Of a DNA stretch of 64,000 bases, positions 9,937-20,053 are shown piece after piece. The stretch's first letter is position 1. Each line of letters starts with the position of its first letter. The position numbers were made by a program, and so were the translations under genes. The stretch is from Alphaproteobacteria bacterium. GTDB taxonomy: Bacteria > Pseudomonadota > Alphaproteobacteria > UBA11073. Location of the stretch: assembly GCA_965246945.1 (NCBI GenBank), contig CBDFFW010000001.1, positions 1,142,691-1,206,690 of the forward strand. The letters are read 5' to 3'. The notes under the pieces are model-generated. The model was not told the DNA's origin and did not search any database. It was given only the letters and a program-made list of their open reading frames with translations.

Positions 9937-10972
9937 TGTGAAACATCATACTTTCCAGCGTAATACCTGGGCCGAACGCCATGGCGCAGCCTAAACCGGT
10001 TTTTCCTTCTGCCAATATACGCTGCAATACGAACATCAGTGTGGCGGATGACATATTACCGTATTCACGTAGCACAGCGCGTGAATGATCGAGGGCAGCA
10101 GGCGGCAAATCCAAATTTTCGGCGATGGCGTCCAAAATCGAACGGCCACCTGGATGAATGGCCCAATGGGTTATTTCAGCTTGTAAGTGGCCATGCAAAA
10201 TATCCGGCAATATAGCTGGCAAATTTTTAGTAATCGTTGGCGGCACCTGGCCGGAAAGCACCATATTGAAACCGGCTTGGCCAATATGCCAGGTAATGTG
10301 CTGCGCGCTATCGGGCAGTAAAGCGGCATAAAAACTTTGCAGTTTAAGTCCCTGAGGTTTGGCCGAAATAATACTGGCGGCACAGCCATCGGCAAAAATT
10401 AAAAATGATAAGACGCTTTCCAGATCTGCCGTATCTTGCAAATGTAATGTGCATAATTCCAAATTAATTACCGCAACTTTTGCAGCAGGCGTTGAGCGTG
10501 TAATGTGATAGGCCAATTTCAGGGCGTTAATTGCTGCATAGCAACCCATAAAACCGATGATGCTACGCTCGGTTGTTGATGGTAAGCCGTAATGCTGAAT
10601 GATTTGCAGGTCCAGGCCAGGGGCATAAAAGCCGGTGCAGCTGGTAATAATTAGATGGGTGACATCTTCCAAATCCAGTTGATCCAATGCCATTGTTGCG
10701 AGCGAAAAAGCATGCTGTTCATAAAACTGCATACGCGCGGCGGTATCTGGAAAATTATCCTTTTGATAAAAATTATCTCCGTCTAGTTGCTGAGCATCTT
10801 TGCCTGGTGAAAAAAAAGAATAGCGGTGATCAATTTGCGCACGCGCGGCCATGCGGCCAAATAATTTTTGCTGTTTATCACTGGTTAACAAGCTTGGCGC
10901 GTATGCCACAAATTGTTGATGAATATCATGCGGTGGTACGGCTGTCGCAATTTGATTAATAAAAACACCCAT
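9929..10972 (-). CDS. Type III polyketide synthase (chalcone/stilbene synthase superfamily)
   Basis: 347 aa with a Cys-His-Asn triad in the expected contexts: ITSCTGFYAPGLD, WAIHPGGRSIL and YGNMSSATLMFVL. The C-terminal GFGPG-like loop reads AFGPGITLE. Confidence 0.9.
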   Translation of the reverse strand: MGVFINQIATAVPPHDIHQQFVAYAPSLLTSDKQQKLFGRMAARAQIDHRYSFFSPGKDAQQLDGDNFYQKDNFPDTAARMQFYEQHAFSLATMALDQLDLEDVTHLIITSCTGFYAPGLDLQIIQHYGLPSTTERSIIGFMGCYAAINALKLAYHITRSTPAAKVAVINLELCTLHLQDTADLESVLSFLIFADGCAASIISAKPQGLKLQSFYAALLPDSAQHITWHIGQAGFNMVLSGQVPPTITKNLPAILPDILHGHLQAEITHWAIHPGGRSILDAIAENLDLPPAALDHSRAVLREYGNMSSATLMFVLQRILAEGKTGLGCAMAFGPGITLESMMFHNA

Positions 10973-10978
10973 ATAAAT

Positions 10979-12529
10979 TTAGCCGACGATCCCTTTCACC
11001 TTGCCGCTGAGGTCGGCTAGGGAGTAAGGTTTGGGTAAGAAATAAATGCCGTCTTCTTCATCAATTGGCATATTGAGTTTATCTTCGGTATAGCCGGATA
11101 CAAATAACACTTTCAACGTTGGGTAAGTTTCGCGCAGCTTTAGGAATAGTTGTGGACCATCCAGGCCGGGCATAATGACATCGGTAATTAGCAATTGGAT
11201 GGTTGGAATGTTATCGCCAGTCATGATGTCAATGGCCGCTTCACCATGCGCAGCTTCGATGACTTCATAACCTTTTAGTTTGAGGGCGCGGGCGCTGAAT
11301 TGGCGCACGGCATCTTCATCTTCCACCAATAAAATCGTTCCGGCACCGGTTAAATCCTGGGCAGGTTTTGGGGCTTTTGCTTCCTTAACTACGGGCGCTT
11401 CTTCAATAGCGGTATGCTCGGGCAGATAAAGTGTAAAGGTGGTACCAATGCCCATTTCGCTTTGCACGCCAATTTGGCCGCCGGATTGCTGGACAATACC
11501 GTAAACCGTCGCCAGGCCTAAGCCGGTGCCTTGCCCCAATGGTTTGGTGGTAAAAAACGGTTCGAAAATGCGGGCGAGATTTTCGGAGGAAATGCCGGTG
11601 CCGGTATCTCGCACACTCACCGCTTGCCAGCGGCCGGCGGGCAGTGTGGTTTGCGGGCCAATGGTTTCGGTGGCATCGCTGATATGCTGAAAAGTTTTAA
11701 TTTGGAGCTGGCCGCCCTTCGGCATGGCATCGCGCGCATTAACCGCCAGGTTGATAATTGCTTGTTCTAATTGGGTATGGTCGGCAAAAACCAAACCCAC
11801 ATCGCGCGAGTAATCCAGATGCAACGTAACTTTTTCGCCCAGCAGGCGTTTTAATAGATGAGCAAGCTCGCCCACCACTTCGATCAGATCAACGGATTTG
11901 GGCTGCAGGGTTTGCTGGCGTGAAAAGGCCAGAATCTGCCGCACCAGATTGGCCCCGCGCGAGGCATTTTGTTTGATCTGCATAATATCGCCAAAGCTGG
12001 GATCGCCCGCTTTGTGCCGCAGGGCGAGCAGATCGCAAAAGCCAATAATGGCGGTAAGCAAATTATTGAAATCATGGGCGATGCCACCGGCCAACTGGCC
12101 AACCGCCTGCATTTTTTGGGATTGCGCCAGCTGATCATCGGTCATCACCAATGGCGCGGGGGGCGGCGCGGCCGCCTGGGCGGTAATCATCACCGCATTC
12201 GTAAAACCGGCGGGGCGGTACCAATGAAGTTGCAAGCGTTGCTGGCCATGGGCCGTGGCGAATTCACCGGAATAACTGCGCGGTTCCACCGGCATAATCT
12301 GGCCGCGCGGCCAAAACTGCTCCCAGCCTTCGCCAGGTAGTAATGATTGCAGCGGGATAGCTTCGCTGCCACGGCTGGAATTGCTAATGCCAATCAACTG
12401 TTCGGCTTGCCTATTTGCCACCAAAACCTGCCCATCTGAACTGGTAAGCCAGGCGGCGAATGGCAGGCCATTGCATAATTGCTGGAAAAGCTGGGCAGGA
12501 TCAATTTTGGCCGGCTTGCGTTTAAACAT
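10979..12529 (-). CDS. Soluble hybrid sensor histidine kinase/response regulator (PAS-HisKA-HATPase-REC), CckA-like catalytic core
   Basis: 516 aa with no TM segment and an N-terminal PAS-like region. The H-box is GGIAHDFNNLLTAIIGF, the N box NLAVNARDAM, and the G boxes DTGTGI and GTGLGLATVYG. The C-terminal receiver reads ILLVEDEDAVR...DVIMPGLDG...KP. Confidence 0.88.
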   Translation of the reverse strand: MFKRKPAKIDPAQLFQQLCNGLPFAAWLTSSDGQVLVANRQAEQLIGISNSSRGSEAIPLQSLLPGEGWEQFWPRGQIMPVEPRSYSGEFATAHGQQRLQLHWYRPAGFTNAVMITAQAAAPPPAPLVMTDDQLAQSQKMQAVGQLAGGIAHDFNNLLTAIIGFCDLLALRHKAGDPSFGDIMQIKQNASRGANLVRQILAFSRQQTLQPKSVDLIEVVGELAHLLKRLLGEKVTLHLDYSRDVGLVFADHTQLEQAIINLAVNARDAMPKGGQLQIKTFQHISDATETIGPQTTLPAGRWQAVSVRDTGTGISSENLARIFEPFFTTKPLGQGTGLGLATVYGIVQQSGGQIGVQSEMGIGTTFTLYLPEHTAIEEAPVVKEAKAPKPAQDLTGAGTILLVEDEDAVRQFSARALKLKGYEVIEAAHGEAAIDIMTGDNIPTIQLLITDVIMPGLDGPQLFLKLRETYPTLKVLFVSGYTEDKLNMPIDEEDGIYFLPKPYSLADLSGKVKGIVG

Positions 12530-12603
12530 TTAGCGACCTTAAGCACATTTATTGGTGCTGTCATCTTAGCTAATATTTTAATAAATATCAAAAAAGATTT
12601 TTG

Positions 12604-12906
12604 CTAGTTCCAAAATTTTAATAGTGTCATAATGCCAGTTAATAAAGTAACTAGCGCAATCAAGCCAGCGCCCATTTTTATCTGCAAATCTTTTATTTGC
12701 GTCACTAACAGTAATTCCAACTGATGCAGATCACTTCGCAGCTCACTTTTAAAAACTTGTAGATCTTCTTTGAAAGCAAAATTACCATTATCGGTTTCTC
12801 GCATTTGGCCAGTAATTCGGACAATTGTTTCGGCTTGCGGTTCGGTAAAACCTTGCTCGCGCAGTTCTTTAATGAATTGATGCGTATCATAAACTGCAAC
12901 ATCCAT
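12604..12906 (-). CDS. DUF1640-family coiled-coil protein with C-terminal TM anchor
   Basis: 100 aa: VYDTHQFIKELREQGFTEPQAETIVR, then a coiled coil, then the hydrophobic tail GAGLIALVTLLTGIMTLL. Confidence 0.7.
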   Translation of the reverse strand: MDVAVYDTHQFIKELREQGFTEPQAETIVRITGQMRETDNGNFAFKEDLQVFKSELRSDLHQLELLLVTQIKDLQIKMGAGLIALVTLLTGIMTLLKFWN

Positions 12907-13073
12907 TTGGATACAACTTAAAATAGAAATTTTGCAATTTCAAGACATTAAAGATAAAAATCTTGACTTTAAAAGCTTAAGATTTGTTTTATTGAAGCAT
13001 CACTCACACCAGCGCGAACTCTCGTTGCGCATTTTGCGCTTAGGCTGGTGGCGGAACAAAACGGAGAATACTT

Positions 13074-13871
13074 ATGGCAATGCCAACTTTTACGTTGCGG
13101 CAGCTGATTGAAGCTGGCGTGCATTTTGGACATCACACCCGTCGCTGGAACCCTAAAATGGCTTCCTACATTTATGGTGTACGGAACAACATTCATATTA
13201 TCGATTTGGAACAAACCGTTCCCTTAATGTATCGCGGCTTACAAGCAATCCGTGATACGGTGGCCAAGGGTGGCCGAGTATTATTTGTGGCAACCAAACG
13301 CCAGGCACAAGGCGTGGTGGCGGAAGCGGCCCAAAAATGCGGTCAGTATTATGTGAACCATCGCTGGTTAGGCGGGATGATGACCAACTGGGCAACTGTT
13401 TCCAATTCCATCAAACGTTTGGGCGAATTGGAAGCCAGCCTGGTGGACGGCGAAGCGAACAACCTGACCAAAAAAGAACGCGGTAACCGCACGGCTGAAA
13501 TTGCGAAATTGACCCGCGCCATTGGCGGTATTCGCGAAATGGGCGGCACACCTGATATTCTTTTTGTGCTTGATACCAACAAGGAAGAAATTGCGATTAA
13601 AGAAGCCAACCGTTTGGGTATTCCAGTGGTGGCATTGGTGGATACCAATTCAAATCCGGAAAGCATTGATTTCCCAATTCCTGGTAACGATGATGCTTTG
13701 CGCGCCATTACCCTGTATTGCGATTTGGTGGTTGAAGCGGTCTTGGATGGTTTGCATGAAGAAATTAAAGCCTCTGGTTTTGATTTAGGGGCAGCGGAAG
13801 ATGTGCCGGCCGAAGATGTGTTAAAAGATACAGACGTCGCGGCCGAGTTGGATAAACCAACTGCTGCTTAA
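13074..13871 (+). CDS. rpsB: 30S ribosomal protein S2
   Basis: 265 aa with [30 protein letters not shown] and a conserved rpsB-tsf arrangement. Confidence 0.96.
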   Translation: MAMPTFTLRQLIEAGVHFGHHTRRWNPKMASYIYGVRNNIHIIDLEQTVPLMYRGLQAIRDTVAKGGRVLFVATKRQAQGVVAEAAQKCGQYYVNHRWLGGMMTNWATVSNSIKRLGELEASLVDGEANNLTKKERGNRTAEIAKLTRAIGGIREMGGTPDILFVLDTNKEEIAIKEANRLGIPVVALVDTNSNPESIDFPIPGNDDALRAITLYCDLVVEAVLDGLHEEIKASGFDLGAAEDVPAEDVLKDTDVAAELDKPTAA

Positions 13872-13939
13872 TGCCTTGTTAGTGCCGTGTATTGCACGGC
13901 ACCATTTGAATACTTACCTATACGATAACGGAGATTAAA

Positions 13940-14872
13940 ATGGCCGACATTACACCGATTATGGTTAAGAACCTGCGCGAACAAACGGGCGCGGGCATGA
14001 TGGATTGCAAAAAAGCATTGGGCGAAACCAATGGTGATTTTGAAGCAGCGGTTGACTGGTTGCGCAAAAAAGGTTTAGCGGCAGCGGCTAAAAAATCTGG
14101 CCGTGTGGCGGCTGAAGGTTTGGTGGCGGTGGCAGTGAGCGCTGATCAAAAAAGTGCGGCCATTGTGGAAGTGAATGCGGAAACCGATTTCGTGGCCCGC
14201 AACGATCAGTTTCAGCAATATGCACAAATGGCTGCCCAGCAGGCATTAAATGTGGATGGCAGTGATATCGAAAAATTAAAAGCTGCCGCTTATGGCAATG
14301 GCAAATCGGTGCAGGAACAATTAACTGAATTGATTGCCACCATCGGTGAAAATATGAACCTGCGCCGTTACGGCAAATTGGCTGTTAGCCAAGGGGTGGT
14401 GGCCGCGTATGTGCATTCGGCACTGGCGCCAAATTTAGGCAAAATCGGTGTATTGGTGGCGTTGGAAAGTGCTGCGCCTGTGGCCGATTTGCAAGTATTT
14501 GGCAAGCAAGTGGCAATGCATATTGCTGCGGCAAAACCGGATGCGTTGCATATTGAGCATGTCGACCAAGCCAATTTGGAGCGTGAGCGGGCCGTATTGC
14601 GTGAGCAGTCAGCGACCAGTGGCAAGCCAGCCGATATCATCGATAAAATGGTGGAAGGGCGTATTCGTAAATATTACGAAGAGGTCGTTCTACACGAACA
14701 ACCTTATGTGATTACCAGCGAAGGTAAAGTCAGCGAAGCTGTCACCAATAAAGGTAAAGAGTTGGGCGCTGATGTAAAAATCACTGGCTTCTTGCGCTTC
14801 CATTTAGGTGAAGGTATCGAAAAAGAAGCAACTGATTTTGCGGCCGAAGTAAAAGCGGTTTTGGCAAGCTAG
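13940..14872 (+). CDS. tsf: Translation elongation factor Ts
   Basis: 310 aa with [19 protein letters not shown] (a UBA-like N-terminus) and [15 protein letters not shown] Shine-Dalgarno lies upstream. Confidence 0.96.
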   Translation: MADITPIMVKNLREQTGAGMMDCKKALGETNGDFEAAVDWLRKKGLAAAAKKSGRVAAEGLVAVAVSADQKSAAIVEVNAETDFVARNDQFQQYAQMAAQQALNVDGSDIEKLKAAAYGNGKSVQEQLTELIATIGENMNLRRYGKLAVSQGVVAAYVHSALAPNLGKIGVLVALESAAPVADLQVFGKQVAMHIAAAKPDALHIEHVDQANLERERAVLREQSATSGKPADIIDKMVEGRIRKYYEEVVLHEQPYVITSEGKVSEAVTNKGKELGADVKITGFLRFHLGEGIEKEATDFAAEVKAVLAS

Positions 14873-14887
14873 TTGTTTGCACCAATT

Positions 14888-14987
14888 CCTCTCCCCTTAC
14901 GGGAGAGGGTAGAAACACTTAGCGAAACGAAGTTGAGCTTAGTGTTTGGGTGAGGGGTTGTTGGACTGCCCTTTATACCCCTCACCC
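14888..14987. repeat. Compound palindromic repeat (family A): hairpins CCTCTCCC/GGGAGAGG, AAACACTTAGC/GCTTAGTGTTT and GGGTGAGGGG/CCCCTCACCC
   Basis: Three consecutive stem-loops can be read directly in the tsf - glycosyltransferase intergenic region. Confidence 0.7.
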
Positions 14988-15014
14988 ATTTTCTAAATTC
15001 GCACGTTGTGCTCA

Positions 15015-16007
15015 TTAAGAAAATTTACCCTCTCCCACAAGGAGAGAGGGATTTTCCTTCACCACATTATCTTCCCAAAAAATTGCTTTTTTGATGGTTT
15101 CCCACACGGGGGTGACTTGTAGATCAGCCAAATTCGGTTGTTGCAATATTGCAGTCATGCGGCCAACGGGTTTTGAATGTTGGGGGTTCGATGCGCCGGA
15201 AAATAAGGTTAGGGTTGGGCAACCCAATTGCGCAATTAAATGCATGGGTCCGGTATCATTACCGACTGCAACATGCGCCAGACGCGCCAGTGCGGCAATC
15301 TGTTTAAAATCGGTTTTATTGGTGAGGTCAATGGCGTCTTCACATGCGTTGATAATCGCCTGGTTTACTTCGGCATCAGCGGCAGTACCTAATAATACGG
15401 GCTGGATTCCGGCAACAATTAACCGGCGGCAAATCGAAATATAATTTTCGACTGGCCATCTTTTTTCCGGTCGCGCAGGTGCCGAGCCAGCGATAATTAA
15501 TGCGATCCGCGGCGGCAATGGTGGCAATTCGCCGTCCAGCCAATGGTAATCGACCGGCACCAAATTGATGATGCCCGCTTTGATTAATTGCTGCCGCCGT
15601 GATTCCTTGGCATGCAATGCATCGCGTTCCTGACCAAAATAACGGTGGCTGGCACCCGCAACATTGCCGGACCATTCAGGTGGTTGGCTGGGCCAGAACA
15701 ATTTAAAATAAGTGCCACTGCGATCGCTGGTTTGCAGATCGTAAATACGGGTAAAATTGCCGCGCCGCAATTTTTTGCGTAATTCCCACCAAGCGCTTAA
15801 CTGCCAAAATTTTGGTTTTCGGTCGGTCCAGACATCATCAAACCAAGGGGCAGATTTAGCGAGTTCAGCTAACGGTTTGGCGGTTAATAATGTAATGCGG
15901 GCATCTGTATGATGCGCACGAATCGCAGCAAATGCTTCAGTGCATAACCAAAAATCACCGATGGCCGATAATTTAATGACTAAAATTTGTGGCTTTGCAG
16001 CGTTCAT
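15015..16007 (-). CDS. Glycosyltransferase family 9 (LPS heptosyltransferase-like)
   Basis: 330 aa with ILVIKLSAIGDF at the N-terminus and a C-terminal GNDTGPMHLIA motif typical of RfaC/RfaF-type enzymes. The last ~13 codons are encoded by a family A hairpin. Confidence 0.85.
   Translation of the reverse strand: MNAAKPQILVIKLSAIGDFWLCTEAFAAIRAHHTDARITLLTAKPLAELAKSAPWFDDVWTDRKPKFWQLSAWWELRKKLRRGNFTRIYDLQTSDRSGTYFKLFWPSQPPEWSGNVAGASHRYFGQERDALHAKESRRQQLIKAGIINLVPVDYHWLDGELPPLPPRIALIIAGSAPARPEKRWPVENYISICRRLIVAGIQPVLLGTAADAEVNQAIINACEDAIDLTNKTDFKQIAALARLAHVAVGNDTGPMHLIAQLGCPTLTLFSGASNPQHSKPVGRMTAILQQPNLADLQVTPVWETIKKAIFWEDNVVKENPSLLVGEGKFS
15028..15050. repeat. Family A hairpin (CCCTCTC-N9-GAGAGGG) inside the 3' end of the GT9 gene
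   Basis: Same motif as at 14888-14908. It encodes the terminal ...NPSLLVGEGKFS. Confidence 0.6.
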
Positions 16008-16026
16008 AAAGTCACTTACTAAACAA

Positions 16027-16132
16027 CCTCATCCTGAGTAGCAACGAAGTTGCGTATCGAAGAATGTTCTAGCTGAATTTGCCAGTTAAATACCCTTCGA
16101 TACGGATGCTTTGCATCCTACTTAGGATGAGG
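16027..16132. repeat. Palindromic element, family B (CCTCATCCTGAG ... CTTAGGATGAGG, about 106 bp)
   Basis: The left arm is CCTCATCCTGAGTAGCAACGAAGTTGCGTATCGAAG and the right arm CTTCGATACGGATGCTTTGCATCCTACTTAGGATGAGG. The right end runs into the stop-proximal codons of the GT4 gene. Confidence 0.75.
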
Positions 16133-17309
16133 ATGAGGAGATAATTGATTGATAAACCCGCAACGTGTGGGCGGTCATTTGCGTCGTGGTGTAATCTCTG
16201 CCCACGCGCATCATACCGCGAATACCTAAATCACGGCGCTCATCCATTGTTAAGGCTAACGCTGCTTTCAAAGCATTAATCAAAGCCATTACATCATTTG
16301 GTGGCACCAGCCAGCCGGTAAAACTGGGATCTGGATAGGCCAGTACAGTTTCCAAGGCACCGCCATGATTGGTGGCGATAATTGGCTTGCCCAAGGCTTG
16401 CGCTTCAATCGGCACGCGGCCAAATGCTTCCGGCGAGAGCGAAGGGGCAAGCACGATATGTGCCAGTTGATATGCCGCTGGCATATCGCTGGTGGGCGGC
16501 AAAATACGCACACGTTCTTCCAAGCCGTGGTCGCTGATCAAAGTCTGTAATTCTTGCAGATAGGCAGGGTGTTGATCCTGTTCCCCCAGCATCACACATT
16601 GCCACGGCAAATCTTTAATCTGGGCCAGCGCCGTCAAGGCCCAGGCTTGGCCTTTCCAGCGGGTAATCCGCCCTGGTAATAAAATGATCGGCAGATGTTC
16701 AGCCACGCGCCATTCACGCAGTAAATTCAGTTGGCGTTCCTGACTAATTTTAAGTGGATCAAATTGGGCAATATCCACACCGCGTGGAATGGTGACAACT
16801 TTATCTTTGGCTTCCGGATAAATCTCACCGATGTGTTTGGCGATAAATTCCGAAATGGCGATGATCTTTTCGCCGCGGGTCATCACCGAATTATACCAAT
16901 GTTTAAACCGCCGCCACACGCCTTTACCAGTTTGATAGGTGCCGTGAAAAGTGGTGATAAATTGGATATTACGCTTTTCTTTTAATAGCGCTTGATACGC
17001 CCAATAAGCGCTCCATGCCGGTGCACGCGAACGCGCATGAATAATATTTACACTTTCTTTTTTTGCCACTGCCGCTAACAACCTTTGATTTTGCTTTAAA
17101 GCGAACGGATTTTTTTTATGCAGGGGCAGAGAGATATGTTCGATTTTATGGCGCTGAAATTGCGGCAGCATGGCACCGCCCGCGCTGGCCACAATCGGCC
17201 GCCAACCGGCTTCTTTTAACGCAAGGGCAACTTCAAAGGTGCCTTTGCTCACCCCGCTATGATCAACGCGGGGCAGCACTTGCAAAACGGTTGGCAGGTT
17301 CTCGGCCAT
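16122..17309 (-). CDS. Glycosyltransferase family 4 (group 1 glycosyltransferase)
   Basis: 395 aa with the GT-B C-terminal signature PSLSPEAFGRVPIEAQALGKPIIATNHGGALE. The C-terminal SSSSS tail derives from the family B repeat. Confidence 0.85.
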   Translation of the reverse strand: MAENLPTVLQVLPRVDHSGVSKGTFEVALALKEAGWRPIVASAGGAMLPQFQRHKIEHISLPLHKKNPFALKQNQRLLAAVAKKESVNIIHARSRAPAWSAYWAYQALLKEKRNIQFITTFHGTYQTGKGVWRRFKHWYNSVMTRGEKIIAISEFIAKHIGEIYPEAKDKVVTIPRGVDIAQFDPLKISQERQLNLLREWRVAEHLPIILLPGRITRWKGQAWALTALAQIKDLPWQCVMLGEQDQHPAYLQELQTLISDHGLEERVRILPPTSDMPAAYQLAHIVLAPSLSPEAFGRVPIEAQALGKPIIATNHGGALETVLAYPDPSFTGWLVPPNDVMALINALKAALALTMDERRDLGIRGMMRVGRDYTTTQMTAHTLRVYQSIISSSSS

Positions 17310-17318
17310 CGATAATCT

Positions 17319-18059
17319 TTAAACCACTTTTGCCAGGGTTAGCACAATAATCTGTTTGACCTTGGCGCGGCGCAGCATGCGGCAACACGCATCAATGGTT
17401 GCACCGGTGGTAAACACATCATCAATCAACACGACAGAGCTGTCCTTTAAAGTAGTGGCGTGTTTTTTATTAATGGCAAACGCGCCACGCATATTGGTCC
17501 AGCGGCGTTTGGCGGTTTGCTTGCCTTGGGATGGGGTGGCCCGCTTGCGCAGTAAAGCATCTGGCAAATATTGCGTCTGCGATAATCTGGCCAAGCGCTG
17601 GGCCAGCACCGCAGCCTGGTTATAGCGCCGCCAGGCCAGCCGCCGCCAATGCAATGGTACAGGAACAATCAGCGCATCGTGCGGGATAAATTCACGGCCA
17701 ATTTGCCACAGCCAGCGGCTAAGGCCAGGGACCAGGCTAAGTGCATCACTATGTTTGAGTTTGAGGATTAGCGGTTTGCTAATATCATCATAAGCCCAGA
17801 CCGCGCGGGCATGATTAAACTTCGGTTGGCGTTGTATACAGCGTGCGCACAATAAGTCGTTTTCAATAATATCATCATGCGGAAATGGTTGCCCGCAGCA
17901 ATGGCACAAGGGCGCTTGCAGGAAGTGAAAACGCGGCCAGCAAATGCTGCACAGTTGATGCGCATCGGCCGTGGCCGTTTGGCAATTCAAACAATGCGGC
18001 GGCAGAATGATATCCAAGGCTTTGCCGCCTGCCTTGCCAATGGCCCGCCATACATTCAT
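17319..18059 (-). CDS. comF: ComF-family protein (zinc-ribbon plus phosphoribosyltransferase domain)
   Basis: 246 aa with N-terminal CLNC...CSIC...CHCCG...CARC zinc-ribbon cysteines and a C-terminal PRTase motif VVLIDDVFTTGAT. Confidence 0.8.
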   Translation of the reverse strand: MNVWRAIGKAGGKALDIILPPHCLNCQTATADAHQLCSICWPRFHFLQAPLCHCCGQPFPHDDIIENDLLCARCIQRQPKFNHARAVWAYDDISKPLILKLKHSDALSLVPGLSRWLWQIGREFIPHDALIVPVPLHWRRLAWRRYNQAAVLAQRLARLSQTQYLPDALLRKRATPSQGKQTAKRRWTNMRGAFAINKKHATTLKDSSVVLIDDVFTTGATIDACCRMLRRAKVKQIIVLTLAKVV

Positions 18060-18152
18060 AGATAATTGGTTATAAGCAAAATTTTAGCCAATGACGAAAG
18101 TAATTGTTTTAACCATTAAAACAGGTTAGATCAGAAGCCGCAGCATACGGTC

Positions 18153-19085
18153 ATGAAAGTTCTAACTTGTAATAGCAACCGCCCGCTGGCCGACGCCGTC
18201 TGTGCGTATTTGAATATCGAGCCGACCAAGGCCAGTATTCGCCGTTTTAACGATATGGAAGTTTTCGTTGAAGTGATGGAACATGTGCGTGGCCGCGATG
18301 TGTTTGTGATGCAATCAACTTCATATCCGGCGAATGACCATTTAATGGAATTGTTGGTGACCATGGATGCGTTAAAGCGCGGTTCGGCCCGCCGCACCAC
18401 GGCGGTTATTCCCTATTTCGGTTATGCCCGGCAGGACCGTAAAACCGGCCCGCGCACGCCCATTTCGGCTAAACTGGTTTCCAATTTGATTACTATAGCG
18501 GGTGCCAACCGTGTTTTAACGGTTGATTTGCATGCCGCGCAAATTCAGGGCTTTTTTGATATTCCGACCGATAATCTGCAAGCCATGCCAGTTTTCCTGG
18601 ATGATATTCGCGCGCGTTATGATATAGAAAATTTGGTAATTGTTTCTCCTGATATTGGCGGGGTAGGGCGTGCGCGGGCGCATGCCAAGCGGTTGGGCTG
18701 CGATTTGGCAATTATTGATAAGCGCCGCGAAAAAGCGGGCGTGTCGGAAGTGATGAATGTAATCGGCGATGTGGCCGATAAAGACTGTATTCTGGCAGAT
18801 GATATTGTCGATACCGCGGGCACCTTGTGCAATGCCGCGGAAGCGCTGATGAATGCAGGGGCCAATAGCGTGGCGGCCTATGCCACGCACGGCGTTTTAA
18901 CCGGCGGGGCGGTGGCACGGATTGCGGCTTCACCGCTGAAAGAATTAGTAATAACTGATACAATTGCGCCAACCGAAGCCATTAAACTGTCGCCACATAT
19001 CCGCACCATTACGATTGCACCACTTATTGCTGAAGCTATTTTGCGGATTGCCGAAGACCGCTCAGTCAGTAGTCTTTTTGCTTAG
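18153..19085 (+). CDS. prs: Ribose-phosphate pyrophosphokinase
   Basis: 310 aa with [27 protein letters not shown] and the PRPP-binding loop [12 protein letters not shown]. Confidence 0.96.
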   Translation: MKVLTCNSNRPLADAVCAYLNIEPTKASIRRFNDMEVFVEVMEHVRGRDVFVMQSTSYPANDHLMELLVTMDALKRGSARRTTAVIPYFGYARQDRKTGPRTPISAKLVSNLITIAGANRVLTVDLHAAQIQGFFDIPTDNLQAMPVFLDDIRARYDIENLVIVSPDIGGVGRARAHAKRLGCDLAIIDKRREKAGVSEVMNVIGDVADKDCILADDIVDTAGTLCNAAEALMNAGANSVAAYATHGVLTGGAVARIAASPLKELVITDTIAPTEAIKLSPHIRTITIAPLIAEAILRIAEDRSVSSLFA

Positions 19086-19171
19086 ATTAAGTGTATTTAA
19101 TATTTTTAATAAATTTTAACAATTAGTAACAAAATTGAAATTTAGGTATAGTATCTTTACAGGCAGTATTT

Positions 19172-20053
19172 ATGGGAAAAATTATGAAAAAATCTGACAT
19201 TATAACTTTACTACCACAAGCGCGCCACAGTGTTGCTGGTAGATTGGGACGCATAAAACGAAAAGTTCAAAGCATTGCAGAAGCAGATGCCAGATTGGCT
19301 GAATTAGATAAGCTAAAAACAGAAACAATTCCTGCTTTACAATATTTGGCAGCAAATGTGAGAGATATACCTATTGAATTTCGAAATATGAACAATCCTA
19401 TACCTAATGCTCCTGTATCTAGGGGTAGTGTATATATGGGTGATAAGCTTGAATTTTTCTTTGAAAACAAAGCTGTATCAAAACTAGTTACTGCCCATGC
19501 AGATAGTGTATTAAAAAAAGACCGCTGGTTTCTGCACACTCCTTATAATGAACAAACACCTCATGGATATTGTTACTACTTTCCTAGTTTTGAGGAATTA
19601 CTTGATTCATATGCCAGTCAAAGAACAATGGCAGCACAATCTGCTCAACAAGCTATCCCTCAATCTAATTGGGACGCGTTAACTGCATATGAAAGACCTA
19701 TCACAGCAAGGGACAATGCTGCATATCTTGTAAAATTAGAAGAATTGGTACTTAAAGCAATTAGTGGAACAATTGCTGAAACAGTGGCGCAGATTAAGGC
19801 TGATGCGCCTGCTTTAATTGAAACACGCCGTTTATTGGTCGAGAGAGAAATTCTATATAATGTGCAAAGACAATTGGAAGATGCAGATGCTGCAAAAGCT
19901 CTTTTATTTAGTGACTTTGATATTCAGCGGCCTGTTAGCGTTGCACCACGGAAAAGAGTTGCGCATAAAACTGGCAGTCCTTTAAATGATATTGCTGTCC
20001 GTAAATCGGCGCCAACAAGCCATGCAAGGAAATTAGCTAAGCATTCTCCTTAA
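19172..20053 (+). CDS. Orphan hypothetical protein (AT-rich)
   Basis: 293-aa ORF with no signal peptide or recognisable motif and a predicted helical C-terminal half. The start may instead be the ATG at 19184. The 3' end overlaps the nuoE stop region by 17 nt. Confidence 0.5.
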   Translation: MGKIMKKSDIITLLPQARHSVAGRLGRIKRKVQSIAEADARLAELDKLKTETIPALQYLAANVRDIPIEFRNMNNPIPNAPVSRGSVYMGDKLEFFFENKAVSKLVTAHADSVLKKDRWFLHTPYNEQTPHGYCYYFPSFEELLDSYASQRTMAAQSAQQAIPQSNWDALTAYERPITARDNAAYLVKLEELVLKAISGTIAETVAQIKADAPALIETRRLLVEREILYNVQRQLEDADAAKALLFSDFDIQRPVSVAPRKRVAHKTGSPLNDIAVRKSAPTSHARKLAKHSP

